In this document: piece by piece, positions 11,761-24,722 of the stretch | How the letters are laid out: every line of letters begins with the position of its first letter | How positions within the stretch are numbered: the stretch's first letter is position 1 | The notes under the pieces: generated by a model | What the model was told of the DNA's origin: nothing | The model's database searches: none | The model's input: the letters and a program-made list of their open reading frames with translations, nothing else | Made by a program: the position numbers and the translations under genes | Assembly (NCBI GenBank): GCA_030390025.1 | Contig: JASTWF010000235.1 | Coordinates: forward strand, 372,183 to 436,000 | Source: Squalus acanthias | Lineage: Eukaryota | Length of the DNA: 63,818 nt | Direction of reading: 5' to 3'

Positions 11761-12924
11761 TATTCAAAACAGATTGAGAGACGACTATAATGGATGATGA
11801 GGACAACGAAAAACAAAAACGGAAGTAATATTTTGTTAAACTATTGAAATGAAAATGTACCCTACAGTACCTAAAGTTACTTGAAACACAGTCGATTATA
11901 AATTATACAATTCCAAGAGATTACTTTTAATGGCAAATAAACACGGCCTAAGACAAACTATTGGAAGTGAAACCAGTCAAAATCTCCTCATGAAGACGGG
12001 TTCACCTGAACGCATTAAAAGAACTAGATCTGTGAACTGGCTATGAATTAGTTACAGCCTCCCCAGGCTCGTTGGATTCAAGAGTAATTTCAGAGAAAAG
12101 CGAGACAGTAAACGTTACACCATTAGTCAAAAATACAATTAACTGACGGCCAGTGAGTTTAACCACAGCAGTGGAAAGTGTTTGTAACTTTTAGCAAGGG
12201 CATTGAGCACTTGGAAAGAATAAGATGACTAACGAGTGTCTTCAAGGTTTTATGTAGCTAACGTTATAGAGTTTTCTCTGCAGTGGCCGATAGGGAGGGT
12301 ACAGTGAACGTCATAGACAATAATTAATGTTACAGACAGATATTACTGAAAAGGTTAAAGCACGTGGAACTGAAAACAGCCTCGTGTGATTGATAGGAAA
12401 AATTATTTCTTTAAACAAGTTTTAAAAAATTGGGATAAATAAGGATATTTCTAACGCCTACAAAAGAAACCAATTGGAAATTGATGGAATCACGAACGCC
12501 ATCTCTGGGGAATCTGCAGGAACACGACCACCAGCACTCTAGCCCTGCACAACAGTTTTAATGTTTGATATTTAATATGTTAAACACCTTATGCTTGCAT
12601 GCAGTTCTGTGTGATCTATTTTTTTCATAACAAATTTCTTTGCATACATTTATAACTGAAACTGTCGATGTAAACTTGTCACGCTGTAATGACACCCTCC
12701 AGTCACTGGGGGAACTGTAGAAGCTCAACCTTGGCGTGCACGCTTATTCAGCCTGTACTGCAGATCAACTCCAAAGAGCACGAGATCTCTGCTTCCCCAA
12801 TTGTTGTTAGTGTGATTCTATTTAGCTATGAATAGTGACATAAAATCAAAATACTAATTAAACAGAAGGATGGACTGCATGCCTGAAAAATGCAGACTGG
12901 AATGTTAACATGCTTTGTCCAATT

Positions 12925-13520
12925 ATTGTCTGTCCTCATCCATGCCTTTGTTACCTCTAGACTTGACTATTCCAACGCACTCCTGGCTTGGCTCCCACAT
13001 TCTACCCTACGTAAACTTGAGGTCATCGAAAACTCAGCTGCCCGTGTCCTAACTCGTACCAAGTCCCGTTCACCCATCGCCCCTGTGCTCGCTGACCTTC
13101 ACTGGCTCCCGGTTAAACAGAGCCTCGATTTCAAAATTCTCATCCTTGTTTTCAAATCTCTCCATTGCCTCGCCCCTCCCTATCTCTGTAATCTCCTTCA
13201 GCCCCACAACCGTGCAAGATATAGGCGCTCCTCTAATTCTGCCCTCTTGTGAATCCCTGATTATAATCGCTCAACCATTGGTGGCCGTGCTTTCAGCTGC
13301 CTAGGCCCTAAGCTGTGGAATTCCCTGCCTAAACCTCTCCGCCTCTCTACCTCTCTTTCCTCCTTTAAGACTCTCCTTAAAACGTACCTCTTTCACCAAG
13401 CTTTTTCTCATTATGTGGCTCGGTGTAAATTGTTTGTCTTACAATACTCCTGTGCAGCGCCTTCGGTCGTTTTACTACATTAAAGGCGCTATATAAATAC
13501 AAGTTGTTGTTGTTGTTGTT
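12925..13520 (+). mobile_element. L2-clade LINE 3' fragment
   Basis: LIHAFVTSRLDYSNALL...LHWLPVKQ..DFKIL motif; ends in taaaggcgctatataaatacaag(TTG)n. Confidence 0.9.
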
Positions 13521-13522
13521 AT

Positions 13523-15550
13523 CCTAGAATCATCGAATGCTAGATTGATATAGCAAAGAAGGAGGCCATTCGGCGCTTTGTGCCCGTGCCCGAGCTTTGG
13601 AAGGGTTATACAGTTTGTCCCACTCCCCTGCTATTTCCCCAAAGCTCTACAAATTCTTCTTCTTCAAATGTGTATCCAATTCCATTTGAAAGTTATTAGT
13701 GAATCTGTTTCCACCACCATTTCAGGCAGTGCATTCTAGATCAGAACAACTCGCTGCGGAAAAATACGTTTTTCTCACGTCGTCTCCGGTTATCTGGCCA
13801 ATTACTTCAAATCTGTGTCCTCTGGTTTCCGACCATTCTGCCACTGGAAACTATTTCTCCTCATATACTCCTCTATCTAATCTCCCCTTAATCCTCTCTT
13901 CCCAAAGGATAACAATCCCAGTTTCTCCAGTCTGTCCACGTAACTGAAGTCTTTCATTCCTGTTACCATTCTAGTAACTATCCTTGCAACCCTGCCTAAG
14001 GTCTTGACATCATTCCTAAAGTGTAGAGCCCATAATTGGCCAAAATAGCTCCAGTTGGGGCCTAACCAGCGTTTTATAAAGGTTTAGCCTAACTTACTTG
14101 CATTTGTACTCACTGCCTCTATTTATAAAGCCTTTTAACTTGTCCTGCCACCTTCAAAGACTTGTGTTCGTACACCCCAGGTCTCTCTGTTCCTGCAACC
14201 CTTTAAAATTGTACCATTTGGTTTATATTGCCTCTCCTTATGCTTCCTATTAAAATGTACCACCTCACACTCCAGTGCCTTGAATTTCATCTGCCATGTG
14301 TCTGCTCATTTCACCAGGCTGTCTATATCTTCCTGACATCTGTTACTATCCTCCTCACCGTTTATTACATTTCCAAGTTACGTGTCATCTGCAACTTTGA
14401 AATTATGCTTTGTATACTCAATTCAAGGTCATTAACATATATGAAAAAAGAGCAGTAGTCCCATCACCGACCCCTGGGGACACTACTGCACGCTTCCCTC
14501 CAGTCTTAAAAACAGCCGTTCACCACTACTCTCTGCTTCCTGTCCATTAGCCAATTCCGTATCCACCTATCCACTGCCTCTTATATTCATGGGCTTCAAT
14601 TTTGCTAACAAATCTATTATTTAGCATTTATCAAACGTCTTTTGTAAGTCCATACACAAAACATCACCCGCACTAACTTCATCCACCATCTCCGTTACTT
14701 CATCAAAGAAATCAATCAAGTTCGTCAAACACGATTTGCCTTTAACAAATCCATGCTAGCTTTCATTTACGAGCCTTTACTTTTCCAAGTGCCTATTAAT
14801 GCTTTTCCCGCAATGTGGTCTCTATAAGTTTCCCCACCACCGACAGTCGGCTGACTGGCCTGTAGTTGCCTGGTTTCTCCCTCTCCCCTTTTTTGAAAAG
14901 CGTGTAGCCCGTGGCACTGGGAGTAATCCAGAAATGATCAGCTTGGAGTTCTGCTCTTTAACTTGCTCCCTAGCTCTTGAATCTATGCCTGTAGGAGCTC
15001 AACCATTTTCCTACTTACGTCTTTGTTTCTAACATAGACCACGACTTCTGTCTGTTCGGCTTCCCCTGTCTAACTGTTCTGCGCCCTTTCAGTGATGTCC
15101 TTTACCCTGGCACCATTGAGGCAACGCACCATGCGAGACTCACGTCGGAGGTTGCAGAAACTCCTGTCTATACGCTGACTATCGAATCCCCTATGAGGAC
15201 TGCATTTCTACACGTTGCTGTGCCCCTCTGTGCATTAATTTGCTCCACATCGATATGGATGTGCCCGAGACTGCATTCCACCAAGCACTGGACACCGGTT
15301 TGAGTGTGACGTAATCCAAGAGGATTCCTGCGCTATCTGCCTCTTCCTACCTTGCCGGATGGCCATCCAGTTACTAAGCTCCTGCACTCTCTGTAGCTGC
15401 GGGGTCACCACTTCCTAGTCTGAGCTTGATTTCGAGCAATTGGAGGCACTTCCTGCACACGTGTTTATCCAGGACACATGAAGCGTCCTGGAGTTCCCAC
15501 AAGGCACAGTTATTGCAGGCAACGGGTATCAGCTGTCCAAAAATGTTCTT
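13523..15550 (-). mobile_element. Internally deleted CR1 LINE (RT 3' part joined to an ORF1 remnant)
   Basis: RT-like sequence 13.5-14.9 kb, then sequence homologous to the ORF1 esterase region of the full CR1 at 27.7-28.6 kb (e.g. gtggcactgggagtaatccaga, atcgaatcccctat). Confidence 0.75.
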
Positions 15551-15704
15551 AAATGTCTATCTACTTATGGCATATATATATATAAATAATCAGAGCAATT
15601 AATTAGATATAGGGGTGATAAAATAAAATGACTAAGTAGAGGATACCAAAATTAAAGGGACCCTAATTGCATTAAATAAAAATCTGGTATACATCTATAA
15701 TAAC

Positions 15705-15985
15705 GTAGTAAATAGGAGTACCAGGGTACTGAACATATGTTTTTAGTTTAGTAACCGCATACTCCTATTTAATATGTTATTAGTTTAGCACGTCCGTACT
15801 CCTATTTACTATTTTTTTAGTCTCGTTCCCCCCGACTCCTATTTAATAGGTATTTAGTTTAGGACCTGCGTACTCCTATTTACTATGTTTTTAATCTAGT
15901 ACCCTTATTTAGTTCGGTTTTAGTCCAGTACCCCGACTCCTATTTGCTACGTTTTTAGTTTAGTACCTGCGTAATCCTATTGACT
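15705..15985. repeat. Short ~35-bp minisatellite, probably CR1 5'UTR-type
   Basis: Recurring actcctattta..tttttagt(t)tagtacc units (~6 copies), plus one inverted copy (taaataggagta) at ~15709. Confidence 0.55.
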
Positions 15986-17767
15986 ATAGGGCCTTAACTT
16001 GCGGCAGATACGTACGAGGTGTGTGCACGCCCGTAGGGGCTGCGCAAGTTCCGGGTTTAGGCATGCGAAGCGCATGCGCAAAAACCAGGAACATGCGAGC
16101 TGTCAAGAATCTTCTTGATGTAAGAGTCTTTAAAATTTAAAAATATTTTTTTCATTCATTTAAACATTAAAACACATGTACAATTGGTAAGTTTATTTTC
16201 AGACCATTTAAAATATGTAAATTTATTTTTCAAAAAAATATATTTTTGTTTCAAATGTTTAGTTATATTGTGTTTTAAATAAGTAATGTTTTTATTTATT
16301 TGTTATGTTAAATCTATTTTTATAACAACGCACTACCTGTACTACTCGTACACTACTGGCCAGTGCTTTCTGTATTAAATAAAACTTGGCCGCACTCGAG
16401 TTAGGGTACATTTCAGGAGTTGCATTTCCTTCTATTTGTAATCCCATTCCATTTAGCAGATTGACACAAATCTCACCCAGTTTTGCATCTGTCTATCTGC
16501 TTCTATCTCTCTATCAATCCATCTATCTAGCTATCTAACTATTTCAGCTACCTACCTACCTATCTAATTATATATCTCTCATGTACACACATATAGAATT
16601 ATCATGGCATTGCACTGGGAGAGTCGAAAGCAAGTGTTGTCTTCACGGATAGAGGGCAGGGGATAATTGGACTAAGGATTGAGAATGTAATTCAGTTCCC
16701 TTTCCATAGTCATACATTCTGCCATTATATTGCCGTTATAAATTCCAAACACCACATTTATAATTGAGTTGGTCAACCGGCACTTATCACGCTGTAATTA
16801 CACATACCAGCCAGTAGTAAGCTGTAGTGCGTTTTAACATCTCCCACCCCCCTCATCTGATTGCACGACAGGGAACGTTCTATGCTCCAACCAACTGCAC
16901 TTCTCTGCTGCCGAAATCGCCGACGATTTTGCTATTTAGCTTTAATTTTGCTAATTAAAATGGAAAATTAATACACTTACTCATCATGTGAGATTGACAC
17001 ATATAAATACTTCACCGGAATACTAAGGAGCAGATGGGTGTATATAAAACATTACTGGTAATACTAACCAAAGAGATACAGTAGACAGTGAACAGACCAG
17101 AAAATTGCAAAAAATATATGCATTAATCGTGTGGATAGATAGATAACAGATACTGTTCACTGCAACAACGTTTGCGGTTGTGCTCTTTGCATTTAAGAAT
17201 GGTAGCTGGGAATAATGTGGAAATGGCGAAGTTCGGTGGAGATGTACATGAACAAGCGATGTCGTTGCCCAGGTCAATATGTCACTGAACACTAACAGAT
17301 GATCAAAAGGATTAATAGGTTTACGGGTTACACATCAAGAGGTATAGAATAAACAGCAGTTTAAACAGATCGCCAATCGCAACTCATTTGGAATATCATG
17401 TTCAGTTTTTAGATAACATACAGAGACTATCCTAGGTTTGCTAGGAGTACAGTGACAATTCACATGGATGGTCACATGTTTCTGAAAATTGTATAATTAT
17501 TGCTGGATACATAATGAGGGATAACGCATGATTCCCTTGTCATTGATACACTCGCGGAGACACGGGACTAGTGAGACTGCCTGGTCTTAGGGGTGAGGCC
17601 ATTCATTTCTGGAGGATAACTGTCCAAACCCAGAAACCACCTCACATTTCATAACAATAGTCCATCATCCTGTCTTTTATTGCACGCTTTGACTATTCAG
17701 TCTGATTGGGCATCATCTGTCTCACTCTGTTACTCACTGGGTTATCATTCTATTGTTTCCACTGCAG

Positions 17768-17776
17768 GTGCACTAG
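17768..17776 (+). CDS. Probable Ig TM2 exon coding part (Val-His-stop)
   Basis: Good acceptor (tattgtttccactgcAG) followed by GTG CAC TAG. This matches the phase-0, two-codon-plus-stop layout of IgH TM2 exons and is followed by unique, UTR-like sequence. Confidence 0.65.
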   Translation: MH

Positions 17777-20639
17777 CGCCCGCTTGGCCTGAAGGCACTT
17801 CCGGTTTGTAATTAGGGTTATTACGGAAACCTCCGTCGGATGCGGAACACAGACGGGACTGGATTGCCTCACTCGCTCATCGTTATCGGCTGGTGCACGG
17901 CACCATTTCATCTCGTATTCCTATATAGTCTCACCCAAAGCATAAAAACTGTTTGCTTCCTGCTCTTTCATGAGCTAATTTGTTATTCTTCAATCGTTAA
18001 GTGTCATTTTTGAAAAGAATTCTGCTTAACTGTGGCAAAACAGTGAGCCGGGAAAATCCCGCCGAATCTTTTAATATAAACTGATAGTTGAATGTCCAGG
18101 AGAGACAGGTTGGAATTTACTGGACCTGGAGAAAATTCGATGATTCGATGTAATATTGTATTTAAATGCTGCACCTTGGATAAAGGCTCAATTTATTCAG
18201 ACATTAGTGAGTGGCGCCCTCTCCCAATATTCAATAGCACAGAACCAGACGACCTTCCGAATTATAAAGCATTTTGTTTAACATTTTTTAATATAATATA
18301 ACTTTAATTTTGCCAATGTTTTATGATTGATCTGCCAACCAATTAGCAAGAATGACTTCACCTTTGTCAGTTCAATGCTCCCCTGTAAGATTGGCTGTTT
18401 GGTCGCTCCCTTGCCTTTGGGCCAATCAGGCGGTGGGTTCAAGTGCCGCTCGAGCACCACATCCCAGAATATATTTTGCTACGCCCAATGCAGCACTGGG
18501 GGAGTACTGCATTATCACACATGCCCCATCAATCGGCTGAATCGATAGAACCAGGCCGTGTCTGCCGGTGCAGAGCTGGGGACTTATACAGTGGCCAACA
18601 TTCTCACTTTCAAGAAAATAACAAATACAAACCATAATTTTGACTTGTCTTTCATCACATTTGAGTGATCTTTACTGTGTATAAATTGCCTAAATAACAA
18701 CAGTGACCAGGGTTTGCTGCAGTATTCGGCTTCCCAACAAAGTAACCACATTGTCCCATTCAAGAGCATCATTCCCGAAAGGAATATATTGGTTATTGCT
18801 GCCCACTGTGTGTATCATTATTTACAGCCTGTCGTGAGCGTCTGTGTCCCGCCAGTCTGTGACTGGGGGAAGTTGCTCCTAAAGCCAAGTTACTGACATT
18901 TACTCCAACAATGGTTCCGCCGCCGCACGAGCTGCAGCAGAGCGCACGGCTCGTATTAAAGACCTCGGATGACACGTCTCAGCTGAAACTTCTAGGCTCC
19001 AATTGTGAACTGGGATTTTTAAATCGATTACTAAATGTTTTAATGGATTATGGAGGATTTAGTCATTGTAGATTAATTGGATCTGAAAGTTATTGTGGCG
19101 CAGGTTGGATGTTAGAAAGGCCCGTGACAGGGGATAAAGAGTAGATGAGATTTACATGTGTTTTATAGGGGCAGAGGCTGGTCTGGGCCAACATACAGCA
19201 CTGAAACACCCCACCCTTGTTATATCACATGACAGAAAACTGAGATCACTGGGCTTTCAGCAGGGCCTGGTGGAGAAAGTCTGTTCGTATCGCTATTTCT
19301 TAGCAGACTATTGAAACGGCAGGAGTATTTCCTATGTCGGCCATTTGTTAACGACATAATCACGGTGTCGCTGGGAATAGTAACCAGGGAAACTTTCCTA
19401 CCACTTTCCTGAGGTCGTAGACACACAGCATTTGGTGTAAATCTTCCCCGTGGATCTTGGATTAGTCGAGACCCGTAGACTGTCCAGGCATTCCCTGTGA
19501 GCAAAAAGTGTACTGAAGCAATCTGGATATTACATGGTTGAACAGATTGGACACAAGATCTCCAATAAAAGTTACCATTCCTCTGCTCGCTGTTTACATT
19601 GATAGCTCAATTGTGACAGTGAAGATTCCCTCTGTTCGGCATTTCTTGTGGAATCATGAACAGCTCGTAGCTGAATGTGTTAACGTTTTGGTTAGCAATA
19701 CGTAACAGAGGAAATCTTCACCAAGGTTTATCTGATATCTGAAACCCTGTGGAAAATAAATACCGCCGTGAATGCCCATTGGCGACACTTATATCCGGAA
19801 AGGTGGGCCAGATCTGACGCTTTGTTACAACTCCTGATTAAGAATGTCTCTGCTAGTGTGTTGCAGTCAGATCATGGCTGCCTTCAAATCAAATTCCCCG
19901 AGGTCCTATTTCTGGCTAAATCTTTAACATATTTTAAAAGGATCCATTAACTACTTGCCAAGAAATATCGAGCAGAGAGAACCTACATCAGAGCCTGTGC
20001 AACGTCACTGCCCATAGCTAGAGATGGATTCTCCCCTGTATCTAATTTCAGCCACAAACTGTGGAATCTGATGTCGTCAACAATTACATTGTAAATGGAG
20101 GGAAACTGTGATAGTAGGATCGATTTGTTTTAATGTGACATAGGGACATTAGGAAAAGGAATAGGCCATTCAGCCCCTCGATACTGCTCCGCCATTCAAT
20201 TAGATCATGGCTGATCTGTCCCTTAACTCCAGCTCCCCGCCTATGCTCCATAACCCTTGATACCCTTTCCTGACATGGCTGCATTTGCAGTGATTTGCCT
20301 AAATAAAGTGTCAGAAACAATGGGAACTTGTGTCCGTTCCCTAATCGTGTGGAAATGAAATGCTCTCATCAATAGATTTACGTTCAGCTTTGTTTGAATG
20401 CTAATGCTGGTTTGCTTTTTTTATTAAGTTACTTTTAGACTCTGTCAACGCAAAGTTTCAAAATATAATAAAAAATAATCTGTTCCATGCTGTTAGTCAA
20501 TGTTTTTACTAAAAGTTCTGAGTTTAAATCCAACACTTATTTTTTTAAGGTGTTTTAGTTTGCGCCAATGATTAAGTTAGTAAAACTCACCAATAAACAT
20601 CATAAAAGCTACACCTTAAACAAGTACAATAATGTACGG

Positions 20640-21720
20640 ATGAAAACAAAGAGTAGGGATAAACGGGTCTTTTTCAGGATGGCAGGCTGTGACTATTGGG
20701 GTACCGCAAGGATCGGTGCTTGGGCCCCAGCTATTCACAATTTATATCAATGATTTGGATGAGGGGACTAAATGTAACATTTCCAAATTTGCTGATGACA
20801 CAAAGCTAGGTGGCAGTGTCAGTTGTGAAGAGGATGTGAAGAGGCTTCAAGGGGATCTCGACAGGCTCAGTGAGTGGGCGAGAACATGGCAGATGGATTA
20901 AAATGTGGATAAATGTGAAGATATCCACTTTCGTAGAAAAAACAGAAAGGCAGAATATTTCCTAAATGGTGAAAAATTGGGGAATGCAGATGCTCAAAGG
21001 GATCCTGGGTGTCCTTGTACATGAGTCATTGAAAGTGAATGTGCAGGTGCAGCAAGCCATTAGGAAGGCAAATGGTATGCTGGCCTTCATTACAAGAGGA
21101 TTTGAGTACAGGAGTAAAGAAGTCTTACTCCAATTATATAGGGCCTTGGTGAGACCACACCTGGAGTACTGTGTACAATTTTGGTCTCCTTACCTAAGGA
21201 AGAGTACACTTCCATAGAGGGAGTGCAGCGAATGTTCACGAGATTGATTCCTGGGATGGCGGGACTGTCGTATGAGAAGCGATTGAGTAAACTAGGCTTG
21301 TGTTCTCTTGAATTCAGATAAATGAGAGGAATCTCATTGAAGCATACACAATTATTACAGGGCTTGATAGGGTGGATGCTGGGAGAATGTCTCCATTGGC
21401 TGGGGAGTCTAGAACCAGGGGCCACAGCCTCAGGATAAAGGGTAGGCCATTCAGGACTGAGATGAGAAGAAATTTCTTCACACAGAGGGTGGTGAATCTT
21501 AGGAATTCTCTACCCCAGACGGCTGTGGAGGTTCAGTCATTGGGTATATTCAAAACAGAAGTCGATAGATTTCTGACTAGTAAGGGCATCAAGGGATATG
21601 GCGTTAGGGCCGGTGAATGGAATTGAGGCAGAAGATCAGCGATGATCGCATTGAATGGCGGAGCAGGCTCGAAGGGCCGAATGGCCTACTCCTGCTCCTA
21701 TTTCTTGTGTTCTTATGTAA
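20640..21720 (+). mobile_element. CR1 LINE 3' fragment
   Basis: [33 protein letters not shown]; [15 protein letters not shown]; ends KGYGVRAGEWN* plus 3'UTR. Several frameshifts. Confidence 0.92.
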
Positions 21721-22387
21721 ATTGAGTCTAGAAACTGGCGCCCTGAATCCCATTAATTCACGACCGATATTGAATGGACTGGAGCATCTGGAGGTTTGGG
21801 TGTGTTATTGGAATATGGGAATAACCCGGACAATTAACAGTTCTAATCATTAAGCGGTATGATCATTAATACAACAAGGTTCATACATTCTAAGACATTG
21901 AATATTCAGTCTTAGCAGCAATGTTCTGGTTATTATTTGGATCAATTGATTCAGTCATTAATAACGCAGAAATCCAATCATCAATTTACCGAAGTGACGC
22001 TTTCAATTCAATGCAGCTAAATTGAGTGAATCCATTCTGTGGTTAACTGCGGGGAACTAAAGGCTGGCTGTGATATTCCGCTACACAGGTTTAGCGGCTT
22101 TCTGTGGCTCTCCTCTGTTCCATGACTTGAAATTTAAGCCGTTTGATTTAAACCGGTTGTGCCGCCATTGAAAGAATATTCGAGTGATGTCACACCAAAG
22201 TATTGCTGCACTAATATCACAATCGGCAACTTCCAGTAACACATCCTTCAAATGACCAGAAGGACTCAAAGTCTAAAATTACTTGGTCTTATTCAGGGGC
22301 TAATGCTGCATAACTTCCCATGATGCCCCCTTGTCGCTGTTTTAAGCATGCGGTAACACGTTCATTTTAGATGTATGACGCATTTTA

Positions 22388-22510
22388 CCACAACAACTAG
22401 CATTTATACAGCGCCTTTAACCTAGTAAAACGTCTCAAGCGCTTCACATGAGTCTGATGAAACAACATCAGACACCGAGCCACATAAGGGGCTTGTGGGA
22501 TAGGATGCCC
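22388..22510 (-). mobile_element. L2/SINE 3' tail fragment
   Basis: caacaactagcatttatacagcgcctttaac...aagcgcttcaca is the reverse complement of the L2 ends at 6.6 and 13.5 kb. Confidence 0.6.
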
Positions 22511-24722
22511 AATAGATAATGGCTAAAATTTCATTCACCAGCTCACTCATATTGGAATTTTATCGGAGCAACTCTCGCTTTGCAGGGTAACTTCGCGGAA
22601 CCTCTGAAGTTACGGTGATGGAGTCAGATGATGCTCCAAAGAAATTCCCTGCGCAATGTATCTTCAACATTTTGGAGGAACTTTGCATGTGTGCTATATT
22701 GGCGGAGGCACTGTCCTGTTAATCATAAATAGGTTAACATGTTATCTAAAATTGGAATTTCAAGCACACTGAGAAATTACCAGGATGTTGCATTCCCACA
22801 GAATATATCAAGGCCCAGGAAACCAAACAAGCGTGTAAAATTAAACTAATAGCGTGACAGGAATGTAACTCAATTGAAGTGACGCAATTGCGTGCGTGTG
22901 ACAATGTATCGCTCCGCCTTATTAAAAAACTGCAAAGTAGTTAACCCTTTCCACTGACAGCTGTTTAAGTTCAACAAGCAACAACATTAGTTTTACTGAA
23001 TGAAATTTAAAGATATTGGACATTATTAAATTTAAGTTTCTTAATTTTCAGTTAATATTTCCCCACAGTGACAGACGGAAAATTAAGATTTGATAAATTA
23101 ACCCCTTGGGCTCTTAAGCAGAGCCACAATGAATTTTCTGCTTTCTTTTGTTATATGGAAGTTACATTGTAAAGTAATTGCAGCACTTTTGACTCTAATG
23201 TTAAAACACCGTGTAAACAACCTAGCCTGGGAATCACGTGTTTATGAAATTGTAATTGATAAGATAAATTGATAGAAATGAAATTGAACATTGACAAAAC
23301 CTGTTAGAACAACAGTACAGCTGTTTGGATTTAGGGATAATTTTGAAATGACAAAATGGACTCAGGCAGTATATATTGGGTTGCCAAGTGAGAACGTTTG
23401 ATCTATGTTTTTAATGGACAGTAAGTTCCTCCAGGGCTCATGAATGAGATATGAATGGTAATTAATGATATGTATAAAATGGAGAGAGGAAGTGATTGAG
23501 GGTGTGAGATAGAAACAGGAAAATTACACCACCAAATGGGAATTTTCCAAACTTTCTCGTGAAAGTCAGGAAAGTATAGCTCCGAATAGTAACTCGATAG
23601 CTTTCTCTTGGACACATTTGTGTCCCTGCCTATAATGAACCTTTTAAGAAAACTGAATGTGATAGCCTGGCCACTACCCAAGACATCAGAACCCTGTGGT
23701 GGAAGATGAGCAAAGCTCACCAGACAATCTTTTGATAAGATCACTTGAAAGCCCGAGAATGGCTTGTATCGGATGGCACGTGCGGCATGATATTGCGATA
23801 CGGATATGAGTGTGCAAATATGATTTGTTACGTATGAAGCAATACCATCAGGGAATGTATGGTGAATTTGCACTGAAAAATCAGTCTCAGACATGCTCAG
23901 TTACTTGACAACAGCAAAATATGAAATGGTTAATGTGGCTCAGGAGAGTGAGACAACTATTAAAGCATTGACACAAACTCCATCGAGAAACTATCTAATT
24001 AATGAATCAATCAGAATAGTATTAAACACACTGATACCTGTTAGAGCGATTGACATTGAAGTTGAATCAGAGAGTACAATGAATTTCGATTGGGACAATT
24101 GAGGGGTAAGGAGAAATCATGTTTAGGAAGAATTATCCACAAGATAGTTATTAGTAAAAGAGATCTGGAGAATCTTTTAAATCCATGATTTGTTGATTAG
24201 ATGGTAAAATGTAATTTCGCTTCACATGAATGTAAGACTGAATTATAACTTGTAACTGTAATAATTGTGTTTTGTAGGTAACATAGCGTGGGAAAAACCA
24301 GTACGAATCCAGTATGCGGTGGTTTTGGTGGTGCGTCCTGGGTCACTACAACGGCAACTACCATGTTATAAGGGTCTAACAGGACCTGTCCCATCAACCA
24401 ACACATTTTACTCAATATCTAAACCTATGCTCAAGTGAAACTGACAGTAAATGTGATACTTACGTATGAGCTGCACAATTATGTGGCACAATTCGGATAC
24501 GACATTCCTGTTGTCCGAGGGCTTCACTGAGCTCGTGATGCGACTAAACTCCTCCCTAAAGCATTTTTACGTTTTGGGGCCAGACAACTCGAGAATAGAT
24601 ATTGAAATTGACAGCACAGAGGACATAGATACATAGATACATAGAAGATAGGAGCAGGAGTAGGCCATCCGGCCCTTCGAGCCTGCTCCGCCATTTAATG
24701 AGATCATGGCTGATCCTTCAAT

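Noticed and set aside
11770-12420. Possible very old CR1 remnant on the + strand
   Set aside because: Only scattered motif-like words; too degenerate to delimit with confidence.
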